NCBI RefSeq assembly: GCF_001194135.2 | Contig: NC_068999.1 | Location: 10,893,273-10,933,977 of the forward strand | Source of the DNA: Octopus bimaculoides | Taxonomy: Eukaryota | Reading direction: 5' to 3' | DNA length: 40,705 bases | Shown here: positions 1-12,165 of the stretch, in pieces | Layout of the letters: each line of letters begins with the position of its first letter | Numbering within the stretch: the first letter of the stretch is position 1 | Notes under the pieces: generated by a model | Databases searched by the model: none | Told to the model about the DNA's origin: nothing | What the model saw: the letters and a program-made list of their open reading frames with translations, nothing else | Translations under genes and position numbers: made by a program

Positions 1-43
<43 letters not shown>
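1..43. repeat. (GA)n microsatellite
   Basis: Perfect GA dinucleotide run at the window start. Confidence 0.97.
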
Positions 44-47
<4 letters not shown>

Positions 48-474
48 TTCTCCACAGACGCTAGAGACATTTGAACACATGCCGTACATGATAAAAACTC
101 AACGTCACTTGGCATTTTATTCTGCTCTCTTTTGTTTATGGAAATTACACAACACTCACCAAGACTCAATATATAAAATAGCGCCTCTGAGATATAATCA
201 GTTTAGTATTGGAAATTAATTATATTTATATTAAATTTTTAATGAGTTAATCTTACAAAAAGGCTGCTGCAATGGCGTTAAATTAATTTTTATCATTAGC
301 TAATACATAAGCATGAAAAAATCATGCGTACGAGTTGAAAGGTTGCGAAAATGCCTATTTCGACAAAATTATGAAAACAAATTAAGAACAACTAAACGAA
401 TAGAAACAACCATAGTTTCAAGATACAGGGTTTGACATTTCATAACGATTTCAACGCAAAATGTCATGGTCTTA

Positions 475-515
475 CACATGCGCACTAACGTCACTTCCCG
501 TTGGAGGATATAAAG
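475..515. promoter_or_regulatory. Possible promoter-like motif cluster (NRF1-like CACATGCGCAC, ETS-CRE-like AACGTCACTTCCCG, TATA-like GATATAAAG)
   Basis: The motifs are seen directly at 475-485, 487-500 and 507-515, and AACGTCACTT recurs at 101-110. Function is inferred from animal promoter motifs only. Confidence 0.2.
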
Positions 516-690
516 TAAGCTGACTTAAGTGAGGCTGATATATTTGGCAAGAATTGATTTAAATGGAATATTTGCCCTATTCTATGTACTCCCGGTTATA
601 ATTCAAATTTAATGTAGATAAGCTAATAGAAATGTCATGTCTTGGTCATCAGTGATCGCTTCCTAATATCTAGATATACGATGATAAAAT

Positions 691-756
691 CCTTTCGATT
701 ATTGGGACAAAGCCTGAAATTTTAGAGAGTATGGCAAGTCGATTGCACAGACCCCC
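691..756 (-). mobile_element. SINE family A, 3' tail fragment
   Basis: TTGGGACAAAGCCTGAAATTTTAG...AGTCGATT...GACCCC matches the reverse complement of the tail of the full copy at 34900-35113. Confidence 0.65.
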
Positions 757-905
757 ACGTTCTATGTTCAAATTCCATCGAGATCAACTTTGCCTTTTAT
801 CCTTTCGGGGTGGATAAAATAATTTAGTTGAACGCTGGAGTCGATGTGATAGCCTTACATCTTCCCCTGAAATTGCCGGCCTCGTGCCAAAATGTGAAAT
901 AAGTA
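757..905 (+). mobile_element. SINE family A, 5'-truncated copy (B box to tail)
   Basis: GTTCAAATTCC (B-box-like) ... CTTTGCCTTTTATCCTTTCGGGGTGGATAAAAT ... GAAATTGCCGGCCTCGTGCC aligns with 34960-35100. Confidence 0.85.
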
Positions 906-1029
906 TTGTATACAATATCTTGAATAAGGATAATCTCTTGAGTGCGTCGACACGTCTTCAGTCGGATCATAAGCTTTTGCATTTAGAATATACATTTTTT
1001 TTTACCGTGTGCCGTTTATATTGAAGTCG

Positions 1030-1070
1030 TTATAAGTTCGATCCCACTTGCTGCGGTATGGACAAGTGTG
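1030..1070 (+). mobile_element. SINE family B fragment (B box plus core start)
   Basis: GTTCGATCCCAC...GGACAAGTGT resembles the B-box/GCAAGTGTC segment of the copy at 39303-39471. Confidence 0.35.
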
Positions 1071-2138
1071 AAAGAAAGGGTCATGGAAGGGGGAGAGAGG
1101 GGGAGTGAAGGGAGATATATATAGTTAACTGTGGATATATGTGGTGCGCCTTTATGTAAGCAAATGAATCCGATCGCGCACGCGCTTTTGTTTATGGGGA
1201 CAAAACAGGCGCAGATAAGTATTTCGATAAATAGAGATATAACATTACATGGTCTTCTAACGGAATCACCGTGCTCTAATCAGTCAAAGCATTGAAATAA
1301 GAGTGGTCACTTAATAAAACTTTCATGTTTTATCTCTTTTTGTTTCAACGTTCATGAAATTTCGTTGAAAACGAACATTTACACTCACACAAACACACAT
1401 ACACACACATATATACGTGTGCGTGTAGATGCGCGCGCGTGTGTGTGCGTGCGTATGTTTTATATGAGAGCAATTTGTGCCGGATAATGTAACATTTTAA
1501 AATAGTTTTAAGCGTAAATTAGTAAGCATCAGCGATAAATATATTTAGCTGAGGAATATTTGGGTTTCTTTTTAATTCCAAAATTCTTTAGAGACTAGAT
1601 GTTAGCATTAAATCTTAATTACAGATTTTATTTGAAAGAGAATTTAGCACGATTTATCGTCATTGATAAACAAGATTTGTATATTTATTCGCTAAACGGA
1701 AGGAACAGAATAATACATGTTGTATGTCCACAAATACAAGTCATGGGTAAATATATGAGGAAACTGTATTTGCAATCTTGTTATCGTAGCTTCAAACAAA
1801 CATTCAAAAACGATGTATGTTAGAGTGAAGTTAATATGAAACGAGTATACATTTATAATATATATTGATTTAGTAAAATTAGTTACTAAAAAAATTATCT
1901 CTGATTCTGGGATTGTTCTATTTGTTTATGAGAAGCACGGGTAAAACTTGCAAAGATGTCATGTATTGATGCAAATTCTAAGATGTCTCACTGTACTTAT
2001 TTCTTAATGCAAGTATGTACAGTAGCCTGTGTATCGACGAGTGATATTCTGAAATAACTAAACATGTATTGGATGGCATACGGAATGAAAAAGGAAACAC
2101 TCACGTCTATAATAGACGCAACACAGTTTTAGCACAGT

Positions 2139-2176
2139 TGTAGGCACAAGGCCCGAAATTTGGGGGAAGGGGGTCT
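2139..2176 (-). mobile_element. SINE family A tail fragment
   Basis: TAGGCACAAGGCCCGAAATTTGGGGGAAGGGGG is the reverse complement of the family tail (cf. CTCCCCCAAAATTTCGGACCTTGGACCTA at 35070-35100). Confidence 0.8.
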
Positions 2177-2332
2177 ATTCTAAGAGTACATTTTTAATAT
2201 CTCGCTCTAGTACATAGTCCCACTATGTCGGTTCTTGTTCTTCGGATTGAAAGAGACTAAGCAATTAATGTTTAGCGTAAAAATAATATTTTATTAACTT
2301 AACATATATATATGAACTGTGTTTATTTTCAG

Positions 2333-2359
2333 AGCTGTTTGTATTACTGAAGCCTAGAA
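2333..2359 (+). CDS. Candidate 27-nt exon (only open frame: xLFVLLKPR, phase 1/1)
   Basis: Acceptor gtgtttattttcag, donor AA|gtgaga, length divisible by 3. No homology recognised. Confidence 0.25.
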
Positions 2360-4185
2360 GTGAGAAAATATACTTGGTTTTAAAATTTTATTTCAAATGG
2401 AAGCTGAGAAGGAAAGGCGATCGACGAAGGAAAAACAAATAATTTTTTTTTACAGCATGTAAATGCATTTTAAAACATTCCGCTTTTTAAACGCTGATTT
2501 GTGTGCGGTTTTAAATATCTGGCAGTAATCCTGTTCCCTAGGAGGACCACTTATCAGTTTGTGATGCCTCTCCTAACGTTGACCTGTTAAAACAAATATT
2601 TTCCTCTACTTTATCAGGCCAGAACAACTGGAAGATGGCCGAAAGAATTATGTTGTAAACTCTTTATTTTCGAGGCGATCACGTATAATTATTGAAGATA
2701 TATTACATGTTAAACACACTGGAGAAAACATTTTTCATTCAGCATGCGATTTATCATCACTTTTATATCCATTGCTTAACCTCATTTCAGCACATTATAT
2801 CAATGATTTTTATCCAAACAACTCTTAGTGTACATGTTGCTGTGTGCCATTTTTGTGTGTGTGTAAATCCAAGGTATTTTCATTGCAGCTGGCATTTCTA
2901 GCAGGTCGCGCAAAAGTAGAATAAAATCTCTCAATAGTTCTTGTATTTCTCTTTTCTTCTTCACCTCGTTCGTTATTCCCTTGGTAAAGACACCTTCCTC
3001 CACCACCGTTCAAAAAAAAATAATAATGATTGTATTTTTTAAAATTCATTTGTAATATTTTTTTCTAAAGAATTAACAATGAACAAAGTTTAAACCAAAA
3101 TGATACAAAACGAACCGAAACGATACACAATGAACCGTTGCTTGTCTTGCCCTCTTATTTCTTCTAATTGTTATTGCATTGTATTATATCAAATTCGATT
3201 ATAAACATTTAATTTCTAAAATATGATTTCATTCTCATTTACATAGGTTCACTAATTTTTACGAAGTAGAGTGTTTTGGTATATTTATTTTATCGCATTA
3301 TTTTTCGTTCCTTAAGGAATATTCTTTCACACTTAACAATATTTCAATAATTACGTTGCAGAGACATGAACTTATGCTAATACGATACCAATTGTTAGCT
3401 GGGTCACTTTCGAATTACTACCGTGTCAATAACACATTCTCCTGTTAAATAGTAATAACACAAATAAGAGACATATTATATATATATATATATATGTATA
3501 TANNNNNNNNNNNNNNNNNNNNNNNNNNNNNNNNNNNNNNNNNNNNNNNNNNNNNNNNNNNNNNNNNNNNNNNNNNNNNNNNNNNNNNNNNNNNNNNNNN
3601 NNNNNNNNNNNNNNNNNNNNNNNNNNNNNNNNNNNNNNNNNNNNNNNNNNNNNNNNNNNNNNNNNNNNNNNNNNNNNNNNNNNNNNNNNNATATATATAT
3701 ATATATATAGGTATGTGTATACAATAGTAACACGTATTGTATCATTCTCAGAAATTAGCAATATCCTCCTCCACCCTCATTATTTCAAATCTCCTACCAA
3801 CCCTCTAAATCTTATTCAGATCCAGACTGAAATATCATTTTTTCGAATCTTCATTTTTTCATATTAATAATCCCGCCGGCATTTTATGTCCCAGCAAGGT
3901 ATTGCTCTCTGTGATTTAAGCCTGCGAGGAAGATACATGCTCAGTTGGACGGCAAATTCAAGAATCGCTCTACTGTTTTACCCTGCAGACAAGACCTGAC
4001 CTCCAGCGAAAATGTCATCGATATGGTTCGGGAGTGTTATAGGATTAGAAAAGTTCACTGCCGGAAGCTATATTGCTAAATGGATTGTAGTTTGTGGCAG
4101 CGGTTGGTTCTTCTTACTTCTCCCTTCAACATTTTTCCTCTCCATGTTTATAACTGTTACTATTACCACAACCAACACAGCCACC

Positions 4186-4187
4186 AT

Positions 4188-4228
<41 letters not shown>
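4186..4228. repeat. (TAC)n microsatellite running into a gap
   Basis: Perfect TAC repeats. Confidence 0.95.
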
Positions 4229-4389
4229 NNNNNNNNNNNNNNNNNNNNNNNNNNNNNNNNNNNNNNNNNNNNNNNNNNNNNNNNNNNNNNNNNNNNNNNN
4301 NNNNNNNNNNNNNNNNNNNNNNNNNNNNTCCATTTTCTGTATTTAGCCCTGTGTGGCTATAATAAAAAGATATCTACGTATCTCTCCGT

Positions 4390-4411
4390 CCCTCTGTCTG
4401 TATGTCTGTGC

Positions 4412-4463
<52 letters not shown>

Positions 4464-4600
4464 GTCTCTCTGTCTTTCTGTCTGTCTGTCTGTCTGCCTG
4501 AATCTCTGTCTACCTATCTCTGTCCCTCTGTCTGTCTGTCTGTGCATCTATCTATCTATCTGTCTGTCTGTCTGTCTGTCTCTCTGTCTGTCTGTCATAC
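4390..4600. repeat. Compound (TCTA)n/(TCTG)n microsatellite
   Basis: Tetranucleotide repeats seen directly; they generate the SIYL/SVCL ORFs. Confidence 0.95.
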
Positions 4601-4644
4601 ACACAGACATACTCACACACACGACACACGTGCGTGTGTGTGCG

Positions 4645-4790
4645 GTGGAGAAGTACTGTCCCCAGTACTTAATAATTTCTTGCGTTATCGGCATCGAATG
4701 GATGAATTTGAATGTCAATCTTTACAAAATTTGAACCCCGTGAAAATTACTGGATTAAAGGCGTTATGCAAAACACTCGGCCAGTTCGTT
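4645..4790 (-). mobile_element. SINE family A, highly decayed copy
   Basis: CCCCAGTACTT...TTATCGGCATCGAATGGATGAA...AAATTTGAAC parallels the reverse complement of the family body. Confidence 0.5.
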
Positions 4791-4814
4791 GTTTAATTCA
4801 TTTAAGTCAGAATA

Positions 4815-5039
4815 ATTTCTACTATAGGCAGAATACCCATACAATTTACGAGGAAGGCGATATCCTATAAAATTTGGGGAGAAGGGTATAGTCCATTATA
4901 TTGACACCAATAGATTTAAACGACAGCGAATGATGAAAGGCAAAGCCTATCACTGCGGAATCTGAAGTCAGAACATAAAGACGGACGAAAGTCTGCCGAT
5001 CATTTGTCCAGCGTGCTAAAGTTAAGCCAGTTGAGTCCC
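4815..5039 (-). mobile_element. SINE family A, near full-length copy
   Basis: AAATTTGGGGAGAAGGG ... GAATGATGAAAGGCAAAG ... GCGGAATCTGAAGTCAGAACATAAAGACGGACGAAA ... CATTTGTCCAGCGTGCTAA. Confidence 0.85.
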
Positions 5040-5084
5040 TTTTCATTTAAGAAAGAATGGAGAATGGCTAAAGTTTTAGAACCG

Positions 5085-5278
5085 AGCCAGTAAAGTTTAA
5101 GGGCGTGGAAGTTGATTATACTTATTAAGTACTTCTCCGATACTTATTTTATCGAAGCAGAAAGGATGAAACGCTAAGCTGACACTGATGGGACATATAA
5201 ACTAAGAAGGGGAAAAGAGACGAAACGCTGCTAACCACTTTACTCGCCTTGTTAAGCAATCTGCAAGCTCGCCGTCTT
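5085..5278 (-). mobile_element. SINE family A, decayed copy
   Basis: TACTTATTTTATCGAAGCAGAAAGGATGAAACGCTAAGCTGAC ... GACGAAACGCTGCTAA ... TCTGCAAGCTCGCCGTC. Confidence 0.75.
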
Positions 5279-5334
5279 AGTTATTTAAGGAAATTGTCTG
5301 TGCACTCTAGACAGAAGGCCTGTAATTCGAGGAG

Positions 5335-5500
5335 CAAAGGGAAAATTGAACCTAGTCCCATCATGGTACTTACACAATCGACATCGAAATGATGAAAGGC
5401 TAAGGCAACATCGACAGAATTTGAAATTAGGACGTAAAGGCAGGCGAAATGCCATAAAAATGTTCGCACTGCGAGGTAACGCTTCTACAAGCCCGCTACC
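5335..5500 (-). mobile_element. SINE family A, decayed copy
   Basis: TGGTACTTA...ATCGACATCGAAATGATGAAAGGCTAAGGCAAC...AGAATTTGAAATTAGGACGTAAAGGCAGGCGAAATGCC...TAACGCTTCTACAAGCCCGCTACC. Confidence 0.8.
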
Positions 5501-6102
5501 TTAGTCATTTAAGAAGTCTATTTGAGGGTGTTTGACAAGGAATGCATAGTTAATAATCTTTACTTGTATAAATGATATCAGAGGTGAAGTCCTAAGCAGT
5601 GATGAGTAAAATTGCAATGTTATTATCAGTCGGAATTCACTTTGAACCGGTGAACAGCTGGAAAAGCATAAGAAAGTAATTCTCTTCAATCAGCTCGCAG
5701 CGCCGCTTGCCTGGTGTGTGTCACCGAAGGGGAGATAAATACTCGGATATGCTTGCATCTCGCGGTCTAGATAGGTGGTGCTGCGGGCTGACATAGAGAT
5801 ATACACACAATTTGTTAACAAAACGAGATATATTTTCTGTGACAAAATGCAGTGAATAGCCTGTTCATCGGTTCGAACGTGTCAGAACCATATTCGGACT
5901 GATTTCTAATAACATTATAAACTATAAATAATAACACCATTTTATTTACATTTCCTTTATTTCTTGGAAACATTCTTATAATCATATTCTGTCATAATTT
6001 TTTTTAATGTGGACATTGCAGCTTGTGGATCCCTTCTAGTGGTTCATTCTTGTGACGTCGTCTTAACCGTTACCTAAATCTCTTCGTTCTGTCTTTTCTT
6101 AG

Positions 6103-6120
6103 GGGATGACTACTGTCGGT
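6103..6120 (+). CDS. Candidate 18-nt microexon (GMTTVG in phase 0, or xDDYCR in phase 1)
   Basis: Branch-like CCTAAAT, long pyrimidine tract ctcttcgttctgtcttttcttag, donor GGT|gtacgt, length 3n. Confidence 0.4.
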
Positions 6121-6438
6121 GTACGTATTTCCAATCGCAACAACAATAAAATCCTCAGCATACTTTGCGAGTAGACGATAAAAACACAAGATTTAAATAA
6201 TTGAAAGCAATAAACAAGAATCTATTTAACGAAAACTAAATGTCTCTACGATGACAGAAAATATGGAAGTGGTTCTAGGAAACAGAAGTGTTTAAATTCA
6301 AATTGATATTATATCTCAGTTGAAATATATTGATTTAATGTTCTGAGTAAGAATTTGTAATTATATTTGCACTAACCTGATATATAATTGTTAACAATGA
6401 GATTCTCTACAAACACAAATTCAGATGCATTATACACA

Positions 6439-6475
<37 letters not shown>

Positions 6476-6677
6476 GCACACACACACACACACACATCCA
6501 CTCATTCAGAGGTACACACGCACACACAGACAAATACACACATATATATATATGCCTATAAAATTGTGAGGGCAATACATAAATATATATATATATACCC
6601 ACATACATTTTTAAACCTAAATACATATATACATGTCAGTCTGTCTGTCTATCTATCTATATATCTATCTATCTATC

Positions 6678-6718
<41 letters not shown>

Positions 6719-7134
6719 NNNNNNNNNNNNNNNNNNNNNNNNNNNNNNNNNNNNNNNNNNNNNNNNNNNNNNNNNNNNNNNNNNNNNNNNNNNNNNNNNN
6801 NNNNNNNNNNNNNNNNNNNNNNNNNNNNNNNNNNNNNNNNNNNNNNNNNNNNNNNNNNNNNNNNNNNNNNNNNNNNNNNNNNNNNNNNNNNNNNNNNNNN
6901 NNNNNNNNNNNNNNNNNNNNNNNNNNNNNNNNNNNNNNNNNNNNNNNNNNNNNNNNNNNNNNNNNNNNNNNNNNNNNNNNNNNNNNNNNNNNNNNNNNNN
7001 NNNNNNNNNNNNNNATATACACGCATACAAAATAGATAAGCATTCATATATAAATGTAGACACAAATATACATAAGAATGTTGTGGAGATAATTCAATTA
7101 TATGAAATATTTTATATAGCTTTGTTTGAAACAG

Positions 7135-7176
7135 GTTTATTTCGGACCCGGTACGTGGAGCAGGAAATCAGATAGG
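7135..7176 (+). CDS. Candidate 42-nt exon (VYFGPGTWSRKSDR in phase 0, or xFISDPVRGAGNQIG in phase 2)
   Basis: Acceptor ctttgtttgaaacag, donor AGG|gtaaga, alternative donor CCG|gtacgt at 7151; locally GC-richer than its flanks. Confidence 0.35.
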
Positions 7177-8706
7177 GTAAGATGAACAGAAGTGACAAGC
7201 GGGTGGCAAGTGATATGTGCATCAGAGAAAATCTGCTTAAATGCATGCAGAGCGGTAGGATACATTGAAGTAGTATGATATATATATATATTTATGTATG
7301 TATGTATATACGCATATAAGTATGTATATTTAGAGAGAAAAGCATACATGGATAGACAGTTTGATATATAGATAGATAGATATATAGATAGATCGATAGA
7401 TAGATAGATAGATAGATAGATGGATAGATAGATAGATAGATATAGGCTGGGTGAATTAAATAAGGAAAGCTGTGTCACAAAAGAAGTTACTTTAAGTTGA
7501 AATTTCGGAAATATATCTTGTCAAATTCCTAATTTAATATTGAACAAAATAACACAGATCTAAATAGATACACAAAAGAAGAGATTCCAGAATGTTGCGA
7601 CAATTTTCATAACTTTAAATTTATATCAGGTTAGATGAGGATAAATTTCAATAGTTAGTAGCAGGGGGTTAAATTAATGAGAGTGTGAAAAATATATTCA
7701 CTAATTAATTNNNNNNNNNNNNNNNNNNNNNNNNNNNNNNNNNNNNNNNNNNNNNNNNNNNNNNNNNNNNNNNNNNNNNNNNNNNNNNNNNNNNNNNNNN
7801 NNNNNNNNNNNNNNNNNNNNNNNNNNNNNNNNNNNNNNNNNNNNNNNNNNNNNNNNNNNNNNNNNNNNNNNNNNNNNNNNNNNNNNNNNNNNNNNNNNNN
7901 NNNNNNNNNNNNNNNNNNNNNNNNNNNNNNNNNNNNNNNNNNNNNNNNNNNNNNNNNNNNNNNNNNNNNNNNNNNNNNNNNNNNNNNNNNNNNNNNNNNN
8001 NNNNNNNNNNNNNNNNNNNNNNNNNNNNNNNNNNNNNNNNNNNNNNNNNNNNNNNNNNNNNNNNNNNNNNNNNNNNNNNNNNNNNNNNNNNNNNNNNNNN
8101 NNNNNNNNNNNNNNNNNNNNNNNNNNNNNNNNNNNNNNNNNNNNNNNNNNNNNNNNNNNNNNNNNNNNNNNNNNNNNNNNNNNNNNNNNNNNNNNNNNNN
8201 NNNNNNNNNNNNNNNNNNNNNNNNNNNNNNNNNNNNNNNNNNNNNNNNNNNNNNNNNNNNNNNNNNNNNNNNNNNNNNNNNNNNNNNNNNNNNNNNNNNN
8301 NNNNNNNNNNNNNNNNNNNNNNNNNNNNNNNNNNNNNNNNNNNNNNNNNNNNNNNNNNNNNNNNNNNNNNNNNNNNNNNNNNNNNNNNNNNNNNNNNNNN
8401 NNNNNNNNNNNNNNNNNNNNNNNNNNNNNNNNNNNNNNNNNNNNNNNNNNNNNNNNNNNNNNNNNNNNNNNNNNNNNNNNNNNNNNNNNNNNNNNNNNNN
8501 NNNNNNNNNNNNNNNNNNNNNNNNNNNNNNNNNNNNNNNNNNNNNNNNNNNNNNNNNNNNNNNNNNNNNNNNNNNNNNNNNNNNNNNNNNNNNNNNNNNN
8601 NNNNNNNNNNNNNNNNNNNNNNNNNNNNNNNNNNNNNNNNNNNNNNNNNNNNNNNNNNNNNNNNNNNNNNNNNNNNNNNNNNNNNNNNNNNNNNNNNNNN
8701 NNNNNN

Positions 8707-8751
<45 letters not shown>

Positions 8752-9009
8752 TATGTGCTACGTGTATATATGACATATATATATGCATGTATCCATCCAC
8801 CCATCCATCCATACATACCTACATACATACATACATATATACATGCATACACACATGCATACATGCATACATGCATACGCGCATACATACATACATATAT
8901 AATTATATATATGACTATTTCAAATGTGCTTATACATATTTTTATTTATACATATCTATTTATACATGCATACACACACACATATACACATACATATGCA
9001 TGTATATGC

Positions 9010-9048
<39 letters not shown>

Positions 9049-9058
9049 NNNNNNNNNN

Positions 9059-9099
<41 letters not shown>

Positions 9100-11961
9100 C
9101 GAACGCATACACATGTGTGCGCGTGTGTCTCAATATCACCATGTGTGATAAAGCATCGCATTATCTGTGCGCTTGTGCTCATTTGCTTGTACATAGTTAT
9201 AAGTGACGTTTTCTCTCTATTCATGTTTACGTGTTTATATATATATATATATATNNNNNNNNNNNNNNNNNNNNNNNNNNNNNNNNNNNNNNNNNNNNNN
9301 NNNNNNNNNNNNNNNNNNNNNNNNNNNNNNNNNNNNNNNNNNNNNNNNNNNNNNNNNNNNNNNNNNNNNNNNNNNNNNNNNNNNNNNNNNNNNNNNNNNN
9401 NNNNNNNNNNNNNNNNNNNNNNNNNNNNNNNNNNNNNNNNNNNNNNNNNNNNNNNNNNNNNNNNNNNNNNNNNNNNNNNNNNNNNNNNNNNNNNNNNNNN
9501 NNNNNNNNNNNNNNNNNNNNNNNNNNNNNNNNNNNNNNNNNNNNNNNNNNNNNNNNNNNNNNNNNNNNNNNNNNNNNNNNNNNNNNNNNNNNNNNNNNNN
9601 NNNNNNNNNNNNNNNNNNNNNNNNNNNNNNNNNNNNNNNNNNNNNNNNNNNNNNNNNNNNNNNNNNNNNNNNNNNNNNNNNNNNNNNNNNNNNNNNNNNN
9701 NNNNNNNNNNNNNNNNNNNNNNNNNNNNNNNNNNNNNNNNNNNNNNNNNNNNNNNNNNNNNNNNNNNNNNNNNNNNNNNNNNNNNNNNNNNNNNNNNNNN
9801 NNNNNNNNNNNNNNNNNNNNNNNNNNNNNNNNNNNNNNNNNATGCGTATTTATAAGTACGTTTATACATATATACAAATGGGCAGATATACGCATGCATA
9901 TATTTTCGTACATGTACATACAAGATTATACATAAAAACATATGCACACAAACACAAACACACTCGCACACACACACGCACCCGCACACACACACGCACA
10001 CGCACACACACGCACGCATGCACATATACACCTTGATTCGATCCGTTTATCTGCAGTTTCAGACGTTTTATCTCTGGTAGATTTTCTGTTTTTCTTTTTC
10101 TACTTCAGTTAAGTTATCTATTCATAAATTTAAAAAAATAATTTTTTCAGCGTTTCCTCTCATACTTACTTACTCACTTACTCCCCAGCATCGCGAACTC
10201 TACCCAAATGGAAGCGAATGACGAAAGAACGAGTGCTGAAAATTAATTATATCTCTATCAACATTACAAAGATCACAAATGCATCTTCACAAAACAACAG
10301 CCATTATCTGATAGCTTTAGTAAAACATTAAACCTGCCCCATTATATGACATTATCATTTCTGTTCCCATAACATGTTGATTTCTGCCATCGACATTCAA
10401 GCGCACCTATACAGATTCATTCGATGCGGTGCTGTGTACACCTACACACTGTAAATTGTTGATTTATTAACAGATAGGTGCATATATGCATTTACCCATG
10501 TACACACACACACCGATACATTTTCCACTGCTGATACATGTAAAAATAGGAAAGCTTTTTTTTTTTAATATCTTATCTTTTAAATGTTTAATTCTTTGGG
10601 CTGCGCTCCGTGCTATGACAACGCGTTGAAAAGTTTGAGTCGAACAAATTGACCCTCAAACATATATTTCTTTACATAAATTTTATTTTATCAATTAAAA
10701 AATAATCTGGTGCTTATTTTATCAGATCCTTTTTCTGAACCGCTAGGTTACTAGAACATATATAACACAAAACCACATGTCAAACGGCACGGGCAGCAAA
10801 CACAGTCAGATACATACACACACTAACAACCTAACCACGCAGCTATCAAGCAGTCTGTTTATATACATGTGCATATATGTATGTATCTATGTTTCTCTCT
10901 CTATCTCTCCCTAAAGATATATATATATATATATATATATANNNNNNNNNNNNNNNNNNNNNNNNNNNNNNNNNNNNNNNNNNNNNNNNNNNNNNNNNNN
11001 NNNNNNNNNNNNNNNNNNNNNNNNNNNNNNNNNNNNNNNNNNNNNNNNNNNNNNNNNNNNNNNNNNNNNNNNNNNNNNNNNNNNNNNNNNNNNNNNNNNN
11101 NNNNNNNNNNNNNNNNNNNNNNNNNNNNNNNNNNNNNNNNNNNNNNNNNNNNNNNNNNNNNNNNNNNNNNNNNNNNNNNNNNNNNNNNNNNNNNNNNNNN
11201 NNNNNNNNNNNNNNNNNNNNNNNNNNNNNNNNNNNNNNNNNNNNNNNNNNNNNNNNNNNNNNNNNNNNNNNNNNNNNNNNNNNNNNNNNNNNNNNNNNNN
11301 NNNNNNNNNNATATATATATACAATTGACTTCAAAGTTGCTGTCTACGAAATTCTCTGATTGGCTCAAAGCTGCAATACAAGACCCTAACCCAAGATGCC
11401 CATACCTTGGACTGACCATAAAGTCACATGTTTGCTGCCTAATCTTTTCAACCACTGAACTATGTCTGGATGAATTTGCCGTGATTTTCTTTACGTTTGA
11501 TTGAGCAGAGCTGAAGAGATAATAACTCTTTTTCTACATGCTTTCATTCAATCAGTAGGCCATAACAGATTTCATTCAAGACGTAAGATTCCTATACTTT
11601 TTGTGTCTGGGATTTCATGTCCATTATGTTTATATTTAAGGCAGTAAAGATGTAATTTAAGGGAAATTAGTGGTTTGTCTACTCTCTGCAATTTGAAGCT
11701 TAAGAATCAGTTACATTGATTGATATATTCTTACATATATTATTCTTTTTATATGATATTTGTTGGTGTTGCTATGAATTGTAAAAGGATTTAGATGGGT
11801 GGATTTGTTTGTATATATTTTGCGAGTATAGACATAATGTAGATATAGTTTGAAATGTGTTAAACAGATGACTTATTTCTCTGGTAAACCATCCGAGAAT
11901 TTTTTAAAAACATGTATATAATGAAGGTGCATACAATATAGACGATAATTTGCTATTGCAG

Positions 11962-12165
11962 AAGACTGATAGATATTTTCGTGATGAGTGCATGAGAAAG
12001 AATGACGAAGGATTCTTTCTACATTTTAAAATTAATTGCGTCTATGTTTTTCGTGAATTGCTCAAACCTATCATGAACATTGTGCGTTCGATTCATGTGT
12101 ACGGTCGCGCAATTTGGTTTACAGACTTGAATCCATGTTACAAAGTTTGTATTATAGACACAGAT
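11962..12165 (+). CDS. Candidate 204-nt exon (KTDRYFRDECMRKNDEGFFLHFK...YKVCIIDTD), product unknown
   Basis: Acceptor aatttgctattgcag and donor GAT|gtgagt, both phase 0. The frame stays open to a second donor AAG|gtatcc at 12307. Non-repetitive sequence, no family recognised. Confidence 0.3.

Noticed and set aside
2618-2654. Candidate exon (PEQLEDGRKNYV)
   Set aside because: It lies within what looks like a repeat relic, and the donor is weak.
6320-6346. 27-nt AG..GTAAGA segment reading LKYIDLMF*
   Set aside because: All three frames contain a stop, so it could only be non-coding. There is no other support.
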